Both the position numbers and the translations under genes were made by a program. From contig CANQGO010000003.1 of NCBI GenBank assembly GCA_947623225.1, positions 15,349 to 79,348 on the forward strand: DNA of 64,000 nucleotides, in the 5' to 3' direction. The notes beneath the pieces were generated by a model, which did not search any database, was not told the origin of the DNA, and saw only the letters and a list, made by a program, of their open reading frames with translations. Position 1 is the stretch's first letter. Every line of letters begins with the position of its first letter. This document shows, piece by piece, positions 17,259 through 25,825 of this stretch. This stretch comes from an uncultured Clostridia bacterium. GTDB taxonomy: Bacteria; Bacillota; Clostridia; Christensenellales; CAG-314.

Positions 17259-18578
17259 CTATTTTTTGTATTTGTGACAGAATACGCTGTGCGTAGCTGT
17301 GACCTTGATCTCCTCGGGATACGTACCTTCGCAACAAGCGCATCTTTCTCCGCAACGGTCTTTGAAAAGACACTCGTCGGGAATATTGATGGGATTGGGC
17401 ACTACGCCCGGTATGCTGTACAGATCTGCATCCACTCCTGTATCGAATGTGGGCTTTGCCTTCTGTATACCCTTGGTGTAGGGATGGAGCGGATTGTCGA
17501 ATATCTCATATACCGTTCCTTTTTCCACTATCTTGCCTGCATACATGACCACTACATAGTCACATGTTTCCGCTACCACGCCCAAGTCGTGCGTGATGAG
17601 CACTACGGATGCATGACATTGCTGCTGTACTTCCTTGATAAGGTGAAGGATCTGACTTTGAATAGTCACGTCCAGTGCAGTGGTAGGCTCGTCGGCAATG
17701 ATGAGTTTGGGATTACCTACAAGCGCGATGGCTATCATGACGCGCTGACGCATACCGCCGGACAATTGATGCGGATAGTAGTTGACTATAGTCTCCGGCA
17801 TGGGGATACCCACGCGCGACAGCATCTCTATCGCCCTTTCGTGCGCTTCCTTCTTGGTGGCAAGCGGATTGATGAGATGCACTACCTCTTCTATCTGATA
17901 GCCCACGGTGAATACTGGATTCAGACTGGTCATAGGTTCCTGGAATATCATGGATATATCCTTGCCGCGTATACGGTACATATCCTCCGTAGGCATCTTG
18001 GCTATATCGTATGTGACTTCCTTCATCTCGTACAGAGGTATACCGTCTTCAGCGCGTGCCTGCACCGGGACGCGAACGATATTGCCGTTTTTGTCCTTGA
18101 CGGGGTTGCCCTTCTTGTCCAACTTATCGGCATATACCACGTTCCCCTCTTCGTCGGTGACATATATGGGTATTCTTTTGCCCTTATCGTCCAGCACGAA
18201 GTCGCGCGTGGCAAAGCGGATCTCGCCGTTGGTCACTTGTCCCTGCGGCGCCTGTACGAGTTGCATGATGGACAGACTCGTCACGCTCTTGCCGCAACCG
18301 GACTCGCCGACCAGACCCACGATGGAGTCTTTCGGCACGGAGAATGTGATACCGTTGACCGCCTTGGACACACCGCTGTCGGTATAGAAGTATGTGTGGA
18401 GGTTTTCCACTTCGAGGATATTGTTCTCATCCTGCAACTGCGTGGTGAAATACTCCGGCGTGACCTTTTTACGCTTGGCTTTTTCATACTTCTTCATCTC
18501 TGCAAGATTGCTGCGCAATATCGTGCGGCTTTCTTTCAGACTCAAAATATTGGGATTTTTTTCTCTTTTTGTTTTCAC
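17259..18578 (-). CDS. oppD: Opp/Dpp-type ABC transporter ATP-binding protein (OppD-like) with an internal insertion
   Basis: 439 aa. Contains Walker A GESGCGKSV, the LSGGMRQRVMIAIAL signature, Walker B IADEPTTALD and a Cys-rich C-terminus. It has a GTG start, a basic ~50-aa N-terminal extension and a ~60-aa insert between GEIRF and RGKDISMIFQEP. Confidence 0.88.
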   Translation of the reverse strand: MKTKREKNPNILSLKESRTILRSNLAEMKKYEKAKRKKVTPEYFTTQLQDENNILEVENLHTYFYTDSGVSKAVNGITFSVPKDSIVGLVGESGCGKSVTSLSIMQLVQAPQGQVTNGEIRFATRDFVLDDKGKRIPIYVTDEEGNVVYADKLDKKGNPVKDKNGNIVRVPVQARAEDGIPLYEMKEVTYDIAKMPTEDMYRIRGKDISMIFQEPMTSLNPVFTVGYQIEEVVHLINPLATKKEAHERAIEMLSRVGIPMPETIVNYYPHQLSGGMRQRVMIAIALVGNPKLIIADEPTTALDVTIQSQILHLIKEVQQQCHASVVLITHDLGVVAETCDYVVVMYAGKIVEKGTVYEIFDNPLHPYTKGIQKAKPTFDTGVDADLYSIPGVVPNPINIPDECLFKDRCGERCACCEGTYPEEIKVTATHSVFCHKYKK

Positions 18579-18651
18579 TGTATTACCTTTTGTTCAGATG
18601 CACAGTTGCGCTTATGCGCACATGTGCAACAGCAAATATGTTTTTTCGTTA

Positions 18652-19773
18652 TTACTTCCTTGCTTTCGGGTCCATAGCGTCACGCAGCCCGTCACCCACA
18701 AAGTTGAAGCCGAGCACTGCTATGACTATCAGCAAGCCTGCCGGTATCCACAGATTGGGATAATAGGACATGGTGATGGGGTCGGTAGACGAACTGATCA
18801 TCGTTCCCCATGCGGCGTAAGGAATAGGTATACCCAAGCCAAGATAGCTGAGCGTAGCCTCGTACAGAATGATACCGCCCAGTCCCAGCGTCATGGAAAC
18901 GATAAGTTGCGGCATGATATTTGGTATGAGGTGCATGAATATGCGTCGCCAGGTGGGTATTCCCATTACTTCGCAAGCCACTATATACTCTTGCTCTCTC
19001 AGATACAGTATCTGTCCGCGCACCATACGCGCCGTGCCGCTCCAGCCGAATACGGTAAGGATGATCATCAGGTAATATATACGCGATGAACCGGGCACGC
19101 CCCAGCTGTCTATGACGACGGACGCTATCAAGAGCAACGGCAATGTGGGTATGCAGTTCAGTATATCGACGATACGCATCAATACCTGATCTACCCAGCC
19201 TCCGAAGTAGCCCGATATGCCTCCGAGTATCACCCCGAGCAGCGTTTCCAATATGACAACTACAAAACCAAGCGTCAATGAGACTCTGCCACCATACATG
19301 AGCCGAGCAAATACGTCCATACCTCTCTCGTCCGTGCCCAGCAAGTGATCCTTGGAGGGCGAAGCGAGAATATTTGTATTCACCGTGTAGTCCTGATATT
19401 GATACACACGCACTTGCTCGCCGTTGATCTCCGTCTCTATCCATATACCGGCGCGTTTCTGCGCGGGATTACGGTCGACGTCCACTTCTCCCCAACCGTA
19501 GCCGCACATTTTGAACAGCGGAGGTCCGAGGAAGGCAAAAGCGAACAATGCAATTATCATTATCAAACCGACAACGGACAAGCGCGAACGGAAGAACCGC
19601 CTGAGCACCATTCGGGTAGGAGTAAGTTCCTTGTAGTAGACCTTCTGCTCTACTTCCTCGTCACTCAGTTGCACCAGAGTGTCACCTTGTGCCGTAGTAG
19701 GCTGGTTGTCCTGTACTTCTTGTTGCAAAGTATACAAAGTTTCCGGAGTGTCGTTATTTTTTTCTGAATCCAT
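18652..19773 (-). CDS. oppC: Opp/Dpp-type ABC transporter permease (OppC-like)
   Basis: 373 aa. It is a BPD-transporter core with an EAA-like loop (YIVACEVMGIPTWRRIFMHLIPN). It has an acidic N-terminal extension and an enlarged first external loop. Confidence 0.88.
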   Translation of the reverse strand: MDSEKNNDTPETLYTLQQEVQDNQPTTAQGDTLVQLSDEEVEQKVYYKELTPTRMVLRRFFRSRLSVVGLIMIIALFAFAFLGPPLFKMCGYGWGEVDVDRNPAQKRAGIWIETEINGEQVRVYQYQDYTVNTNILASPSKDHLLGTDERGMDVFARLMYGGRVSLTLGFVVVILETLLGVILGGISGYFGGWVDQVLMRIVDILNCIPTLPLLLIASVVIDSWGVPGSSRIYYLMIILTVFGWSGTARMVRGQILYLREQEYIVACEVMGIPTWRRIFMHLIPNIMPQLIVSMTLGLGGIILYEATLSYLGLGIPIPYAAWGTMISSSTDPITMSYYPNLWIPAGLLIVIAVLGFNFVGDGLRDAMDPKARK

Positions 19774-19786
19774 GATCTTTCTCCTT

Positions 19787-21478
19787 CTACTTCGTAAGTT
19801 TTACGCGCGGATCTACCACAGCGTACATGATATCCGACAGCAATGTACCTATGACGGTCAAGACCGCAAGGAACATATTGTATCCCATGATCAACGGCAG
19901 ATCGCCCTGCGTCAGTGACTTATAGGCGATACGCCCGATTCCGTCGATAGCAAACACTTCCTCCGTGATCATCGCGCCGCCGAACAGACTGGGCAGGATA
20001 CCTGCCATCATCGTCATCAGAGGAATAAGCGTATTGCGGAAAGCGTGCACGTACACTACTCTCTTCTCCGACAAGCCCTTTGCGCGAGCAGTACGTATGT
20101 AGTCGCTGCTGAGCACTTCCAGCATATTAGTACGGGTATAACGCATCAGACTACCGATAGACAGCACTACCATGACCACCATTGGCAATGTCAAGTGCCA
20201 TGCCATATCCGCAAACCTCACAAATCCCGTAGCGTTGCTTCCGCCGCTGACCAGACCTGTAGTCGGGAACCACCCCAGCGTACTGCTGAACAACTTGATA
20301 AGCAATGCCGCAAAGAAGAAACTCGGGAAGGATATACCTATCATCGTGATGATGGTGACTATGTAGTCACGGGCACTGTATTGGTGCGTAGCACTTGTGA
20401 TGCCGAGAGGAATGGATATCACAAACTCGAATATCAACGCGATAAAGGATATGATAAACGATATCCACATGTGATCGCCTATGACGGTAGCCACGGGCTT
20501 CTCATGTGTGAACGAACGTCCGAAATTGCCGCGCATCATATTCCACAGCCAGTTGAAATAGCCGCCCAACACCGCAGAAGTTTTCTCTCCGAACGACGCT
20601 TCGCGATACTCTATCGTCTTCGTGCCAACGTCTCCGAGCGTGAGATCGTATACGCCGTTGTTGTCTGTGTCGTCGTCATCGACGCGGTACGTGCCGGAGT
20701 GCACGACCGTGTTCTTGCCTTCCATTTCAAACAAACTGAAGTTGCCTTTCTTGTCCAGCGTGAGCAATAGTTTGCCATCCGACGTATTCCAATCACCGCG
20801 TACCAGTTTATCGACGGAATACTTGCCGTCCAGTGCCTTCTGATAGTTGCTGTCATTCACCACCAAACGCAGTACCTGACCGTCGTAGGGCGAAGAGGTA
20901 TCTCTCACGGTGAAGATGAGCACGTTTTCATCGGAACTATTGGTACCATAGGTTAGTTCACCGTTCAGTCCGTTCAGTGACAGCACGATCGCCGAGCCGT
21001 TGGACGAAGCGGTGAAGGTACCCTTCACGGTTTCCGTCTTGTCGGCGGCACGCTTATATATCGTATAGTCGCCGACAGAGTCATCCAGAGAGGTCGTTCC
21101 GGGTTCTCTCAGAGTGAGTTGCCACAGTTCATCATCCGTATAGAAGTTGCCCCAATACAACTCGTGAGCACTCATATTCTCCGCCATGACACGATCGTAG
21201 TTGACGGACTTGACATTTTTGGTGAATACCAGTCCGTTCAGTTGCTCATCGTCGTCCTCTATGGTAAGCGTAAGGATGCCGTCGGGCATATACAGCCCGG
21301 CGTCCTTCTTGAATTGGTCTACTTGTTCCTGGGTGATGGTGCCGCTCTTCAATTGCTCGGCATACTTGGTCTCCATATAGTCGGCAGGCATCATGCGTAC
21401 CAATATATAGATGATCAACGACACACCCAAAAGAATAAGCAGAGATAGCAATATTCTTTTTACAATGTATTTTAGCAT
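19787..21478 (-). CDS. oppB: Opp/Dpp-type ABC transporter permease (OppB-like) with a ~235-aa extracytoplasmic insertion
   Basis: 563 aa. It opens with the canonical MLKYIVKRILLSLLILLGVSLIIYILVRMMP, and the core is canonical from YFNWLWNMMRGNFGRSF onward (YIRTARAKGLSEKRVVYVHAFRN EAA loop). Residues ~62-300 are an extra soluble domain. Confidence 0.9.
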   Translation of the reverse strand: MLKYIVKRILLSLLILLGVSLIIYILVRMMPADYMETKYAEQLKSGTITQEQVDQFKKDAGLYMPDGILTLTIEDDDEQLNGLVFTKNVKSVNYDRVMAENMSAHELYWGNFYTDDELWQLTLREPGTTSLDDSVGDYTIYKRAADKTETVKGTFTASSNGSAIVLSLNGLNGELTYGTNSSDENVLIFTVRDTSSPYDGQVLRLVVNDSNYQKALDGKYSVDKLVRGDWNTSDGKLLLTLDKKGNFSLFEMEGKNTVVHSGTYRVDDDDTDNNGVYDLTLGDVGTKTIEYREASFGEKTSAVLGGYFNWLWNMMRGNFGRSFTHEKPVATVIGDHMWISFIISFIALIFEFVISIPLGITSATHQYSARDYIVTIITMIGISFPSFFFAALLIKLFSSTLGWFPTTGLVSGGSNATGFVRFADMAWHLTLPMVVMVVLSIGSLMRYTRTNMLEVLSSDYIRTARAKGLSEKRVVYVHAFRNTLIPLMTMMAGILPSLFGGAMITEEVFAIDGIGRIAYKSLTQGDLPLIMGYNMFLAVLTVIGTLLSDIMYAVVDPRVKLTK

Positions 21479-21539
21479 TTTGTTTTCCCTTTAGTTGTAT
21501 TCTCGGGAGCAGTTACTTGCGTTTCCGCAAAAAGTTTCA

Positions 21540-24071
21540 TTACTTGAGTCTTGCCCCTTCCACGAAGCTGACTTCCCACAGTCTGTTGAGCGGACCATTG
21601 AAGGGAGTAAGATTTGTTTGCATAGTGGATTCGTCTATAATATTCTTGTTGTATGCAAACATATCGCTACGTTGGTAAGTGGGCAACTCCACTGCCAGTT
21701 GCATGACGAGATCGAGACATTCCGCATAGATGGGCTTGCGCTCTTCCTGTTTAAGCATCTCGCGTCCTTCTTCGATCTTATCGGAGAGTTCGGTTATGAT
21801 CCTGTACTCTTCTACATACCTGTCTCTGCCCTTGTCACGACGTATAGCACGGTAACCCCAGTTGGCTGTAGCACCTGCCATAGAGTCGATATGGTACACC
21901 TGATACATATCCGGGTCTACACCGCTGCCCCAGGCTGCTGCCCATACTGTAAGGTCGCCCGTGTTCAGTTTCTTCAGCGCGTTGATATCCTTCTTGACTT
22001 CTATCTCAAATCCATGCGCATTCAGTATCTCCGCCGCGTGGAACATTGCATTGAACGCGGGGTGGTCTTCGCTGTCGCCGGCGATTGTGAAGGTGTACTT
22101 CAGTGTATCGCCTGTATTCGGATTACTGTATGCTCCCTTACCTGTGGAGACATAGCCTGCTTCCGCGACAAGGTCGTCGATATATTTCGTTCCGTCCGCG
22201 TCGAATTCGTAGTATTGACCTTCATCATCTGTATCTGTGGGATATGCCCATGAAGCGCGCGTCATAGGACGATTGATACGGTAGGCGTATTGTCCGTAAT
22301 AGTCGAGGCAGTCCTGAGTATTGACAGCGTGCATGATAGCCTGACGGATCTGCAAACTGGGCACTTTTTCGGCGTTGATACCGATATAGCCGTAACCGTT
22401 GGTCATGACGGTCTTGCTGGTGAAACCTTCATCGGCATGATTCGCCACTTCGTCTATATTCTCCTGCTTGCAGTTGGGTTCTGCAAAGTGAATGTCGCCG
22501 TTGAACAAGCTGGACAGCATCATCTTGGCGTCTACCACCTGATAGTTCACATACTTGATCTTCGCAGGCCCCAGCATGAAGTAGTCATTGCGCTTGTAGT
22601 AAACTACGTTGTTGGCTTTGAAGGTGTCCGGACTCGGATCGTCGCCGCCATCCTTGGTAGTAGCCCTATACGGACCGGCGCCTACAGGCAGACCTATCTT
22701 GTCGGGATTTTTGACGACGTTGTTCATAAATTCGATATTACCGTAGTCCACACCGAAATGTTCCTCGTAGTCAAACAATGCTATCTGCTCCGCATTGGAA
22801 TAGTAATACATAGGAGCGACGGTGAAAGCGAAGTTCCAGATGGCTTTCGGGTCAACGCCCTTGATGACTATCTGCAACACCTCATTGCCTTCCGTAACAT
22901 ATCCGTTGCTGTCGATAGTGGGTTGACCGTATGTCACACCGTTTACCACCACGGAGGAACCGGCATTACGGTTGGGGTATGTGACACCGCTGATATTCTT
23001 ATACTGGATACCCAGTACGTCGAAGTAATCCTTCATCGCCTTGGCGGTGAACTCTTCCACCAACCTGTTGGAAGTTGCAAATTGCGTAACAACTGTGCCT
23101 GCATTGTTGGAAGAGGACTGCGTAGTGATATAAGCGTCATATACCAATTGTACTGCCTGTTCCTGAGTATCGTTGCGGTGACTGTCCAGTCCGTTGTAAT
23201 CTATTCTGTGAGTCTCGCTATCCCAGCCGATAAGACCTTCGTTGTAGAAGAATCCTTCCGCTGTAGTGTTAAGATGATATCTGCCGTTTTCGAAAGTGAT
23301 TTCCGTAGGATCGCCGACGCTGTTATAGTCGGAATTCAATTCTTCACGGAACAACTCTTTGGCTCTCTGATAGTCCTCCAGCAAAGTCTCGTAACCGGGC
23401 ACATTTTCAAAGCTATCCATAATGTTGCTCAACTCTGTTTCCATCTGAGCGTCGCTGATCACTTTGCCCTTATACGTCGTATCGAACAACTTCATGATTT
23501 GATCGTACAGTCTGTACAGACGCTCCATGGCGGTCGCTTCAAACTGTTGATTGAATCCATCCTGCGCGCTGGTGTCCGCTTGCTGCGTACGATACTCCGC
23601 AAGTCCGACTATCTCTGTCGAGTATATCGTGGAGCTACCGGTATATGAGGGATCAAGGTACACATACAGATTGAACAGCACGTCCTTCATAGTAAGAGGC
23701 GAACCGTCGCTGAACTTCAGGTTGTTCTTCAATACGAACTTGTATGTAGTAGTCCAATTGTCTTTGTTGGCACTGGTGTCGTCCACTACCGCCTCATAGT
23801 CCTGTACTACGCAGGGTTCGTTCGCGCCGTATGCGACATTACCCTCGGTGTCAGATGACAACATGCTGATCTGTGTCATACCTATAATGGAGCCGTCCGT
23901 TGCAGACGAGCTGAAAAACGGATTGAAAACGCCGTCCAATTCACCTATAGACATGACAAGTCTCGTTTCTTCATTGTCGGCTTTTTTCTTACAAGCGGCG
24001 AGCGAGCCAAGACACATGCTCATCATCACCACCGCAAGAAGCACCACCATTATTTTCTTTAATTTACTCAT
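21540..24071 (-). CDS. ABC transporter substrate-binding lipoprotein, family 5 (OppA/DppA-like), oversized (843 aa)
   Basis: Has a signal peptide with a lipobox (MCLGSLAAC). The family-5 block KFSDGSPLTMKDVLFNLYVYLDP is present, and the gene is immediately upstream of the permease genes. Confidence 0.85.
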   Translation of the reverse strand: MSKLKKIMVVLLAVVMMSMCLGSLAACKKKADNEETRLVMSIGELDGVFNPFFSSSATDGSIIGMTQISMLSSDTEGNVAYGANEPCVVQDYEAVVDDTSANKDNWTTTYKFVLKNNLKFSDGSPLTMKDVLFNLYVYLDPSYTGSSTIYSTEIVGLAEYRTQQADTSAQDGFNQQFEATAMERLYRLYDQIMKLFDTTYKGKVISDAQMETELSNIMDSFENVPGYETLLEDYQRAKELFREELNSDYNSVGDPTEITFENGRYHLNTTAEGFFYNEGLIGWDSETHRIDYNGLDSHRNDTQEQAVQLVYDAYITTQSSSNNAGTVVTQFATSNRLVEEFTAKAMKDYFDVLGIQYKNISGVTYPNRNAGSSVVVNGVTYGQPTIDSNGYVTEGNEVLQIVIKGVDPKAIWNFAFTVAPMYYYSNAEQIALFDYEEHFGVDYGNIEFMNNVVKNPDKIGLPVGAGPYRATTKDGGDDPSPDTFKANNVVYYKRNDYFMLGPAKIKYVNYQVVDAKMMLSSLFNGDIHFAEPNCKQENIDEVANHADEGFTSKTVMTNGYGYIGINAEKVPSLQIRQAIMHAVNTQDCLDYYGQYAYRINRPMTRASWAYPTDTDDEGQYYEFDADGTKYIDDLVAEAGYVSTGKGAYSNPNTGDTLKYTFTIAGDSEDHPAFNAMFHAAEILNAHGFEIEVKKDINALKKLNTGDLTVWAAAWGSGVDPDMYQVYHIDSMAGATANWGYRAIRRDKGRDRYVEEYRIITELSDKIEEGREMLKQEERKPIYAECLDLVMQLAVELPTYQRSDMFAYNKNIIDESTMQTNLTPFNGPLNRLWEVSFVEGARLK

Positions 24072-24098
24072 AGTATTTCTCCTTGTCGATTACTTGGT

Positions 24099-25235
24099 TT
24101 AGTTTTGCTTAAGAGTTACATTCAATACACAGTCGTCGCTTATCGTGCCTTCCGGTATGGACTCGAATGCCCACTTATTCATCAAGGCAGTCACGTCGTC
24201 GATACTGTGAACGTTGGTTCCGTTTTCATTAAATACGTGCTCGAGTTGACTCTCGTATGCGCCTTCGAATGTGACGCCCTCTATCCTGGCACCCGCGGTA
24301 ATGGTCTGAGCAAATGCCGCGACTTCCATTCTGTAGGTATCGACCGATTCCGTGAGCACATACAGCGCGTTGCTGAACTTGACATTCAATATCTGTGCCT
24401 TAGCGGTAAGCGTGCCGAAAAGCGAATACTTACGAACGACCGTTCTGCTCTGCGCGGGGACATTGAAGTTGCTGATGGTGAAGCCATTGCCCTGCAATGT
24501 AGCGTTGAACGTGGCGACATACAGATCCTTGCCTTCGCAATCGATATCGTTATTCAACATAACTCCGTCGCTTGAGCGGAACGCGGCGATCAATTCGTCA
24601 TAGTTAGTCACGAATCTCCACCTGCCTTCCATCGAGTCTACATAGACGGGTATCTCTTTACTTTCGTTTCCGCCCGGATGGACAAAGTCCTTATCCCACT
24701 TGGTGGTCAGGGCGGCGTCGGAATAGTAATTGCCGAGGAATGTTCTGTTGTGGTCACGAACTTTGTTGCAGTAGCTGCTCCTGTCCTCGAATTTGTCACC
24801 TGCCGACACGGTATATCTGCCCAGCAATACAGGCTCCTGTCCGCTGACGGACATATATACGCCGTACGTATAGACGATATCCGGTACCCACTTGGCGTAG
24901 AGAGTCATATCTTCTTTGACTCTGTCTTTGCTGAAATCCCACGCCTCGAGACAGTCCTCGTCCTTGTACCAACCTTCAAATACGAAGTTTTTGCGAGTAA
25001 ACTTGTAGTTCTGATACCCGGATATATCCAGCACGTACGAATTGGGCTCGTAAGCGTGGCTGATATGTCCTTCGACGTTGGTGGAGCTGTTGTCCAATAT
25101 GCCGCCGTTGAACTCGAAAGTGACTATCACCTTTCCTTTGAGGTTTTCTTCTCTCGAGCATGCTCCCAGCAAGCATAGCGAAAGCAGCAACGTAAGTAAC
25201 AGCACTGCAAGCGCGATTGTTTTGTAAGTTTTCAT
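24099..25235 (-). CDS. Lipoprotein with Listeria-Bacteroides (InlB B-repeat / Flg_new) modules and a beta-rich C-terminal domain
   Basis: Lipobox LCLLGAC. The Flg_new pattern is present (VTFEFNGG ... FEGWYKDEDCLEAWDFSKDRVKEDMTLYAKW). The C-terminal part contains LQGNGFTISNFNV-type strands. Confidence 0.75.
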   Translation of the reverse strand: MKTYKTIALAVLLLTLLLSLCLLGACSREENLKGKVIVTFEFNGGILDNSSTNVEGHISHAYEPNSYVLDISGYQNYKFTRKNFVFEGWYKDEDCLEAWDFSKDRVKEDMTLYAKWVPDIVYTYGVYMSVSGQEPVLLGRYTVSAGDKFEDRSSYCNKVRDHNRTFLGNYYSDAALTTKWDKDFVHPGGNESKEIPVYVDSMEGRWRFVTNYDELIAAFRSSDGVMLNNDIDCEGKDLYVATFNATLQGNGFTISNFNVPAQSRTVVRKYSLFGTLTAKAQILNVKFSNALYVLTESVDTYRMEVAAFAQTITAGARIEGVTFEGAYESQLEHVFNENGTNVHSIDDVTALMNKWAFESIPEGTISDDCVLNVTLKQN

Positions 25236-25264
25236 TTTGTAGTCCTTTTGTTAGCGCAGTTGGA

Positions 25265-25825
25265 TCAATATGCGAAATCCACAGTGATCGCAACGTGTGA
25301 ATTTTCCGAATCGAAGTTGATGGTCATCTGATTCACTTGTTTCTTCTTCACAGCGAAAGTGAGAACAAGATTGCTCACCTCTGTAGGCATGTTGTCCGAT
25401 GATAAGACCGTCCTTTCGTTTCCTTCCGCCACAGTCAGTGTGAGCACGCCCTTTCTGGTCCTGCTCTCGGAGAACAGGGACTTGTCGTCCAACTTGAGCG
25501 CAGGTGCGAAGTCGGCATAGCTGACGCTGCCGTTTCTCGTTCTCTCGTTGTACGGTTCGTCACTGACGGAGTCCAGAGTATTCAGCGTCTTTTCCGTCTG
25601 AGTCCAGTCATAGCCGCTTGCCGTCTTGGAGTAGGAGCGTACGCGCTCATATTGCGTCAAGCCGCCCTTACTGCATATGATGATGGTCTGCGTCGCTTGG
25701 GAGGCATTGCTCGTCTCGGGATATTGCTGATTGACGGTCTTGAGTTTTGCACCGCAACCGGCGCATAGCAACAGCGTCAACACCATTGCCATCGCCAGCG
25801 CAATTATAGAAACACGTTTTTTCAT
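25265..25825 (-). CDS. Small lipoprotein (186 aa), unknown function, translationally coupled to the subtilase gene
   Basis: The track ORF extends to 25975, but MKKRVSIIALAMAMVLTLLLCAGC (signal plus lipobox) begins at ATG 25825. That ATG overlaps the TGA of the subtilase gene, giving the sequence ATGA. Confidence 0.75.
   Translation of the reverse strand: MKKRVSIIALAMAMVLTLLLCAGCGAKLKTVNQQYPETSNASQATQTIIICSKGGLTQYERVRSYSKTASGYDWTQTEKTLNTLDSVSDEPYNERTRNGSVSYADFAPALKLDDKSLFSESRTRKGVLTLTVAEGNERTVLSSDNMPTEVSNLVLTFAVKKKQVNQMTINFDSENSHVAITVDFAY

Noticed and set aside
18579-18651. Palindrome-rich spacer between oppC and oppD (GTTGC...GCAAC enclosing TGCGC TTAT GCGCA), plus a small GAAA-tetraloop hairpin after the SBP gene (21479-21539).
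   Set aside because: Neither is followed by a U tract. They are more likely mRNA processing or stability elements, or chance structures, than terminators. The support is not strong enough to report them as features.
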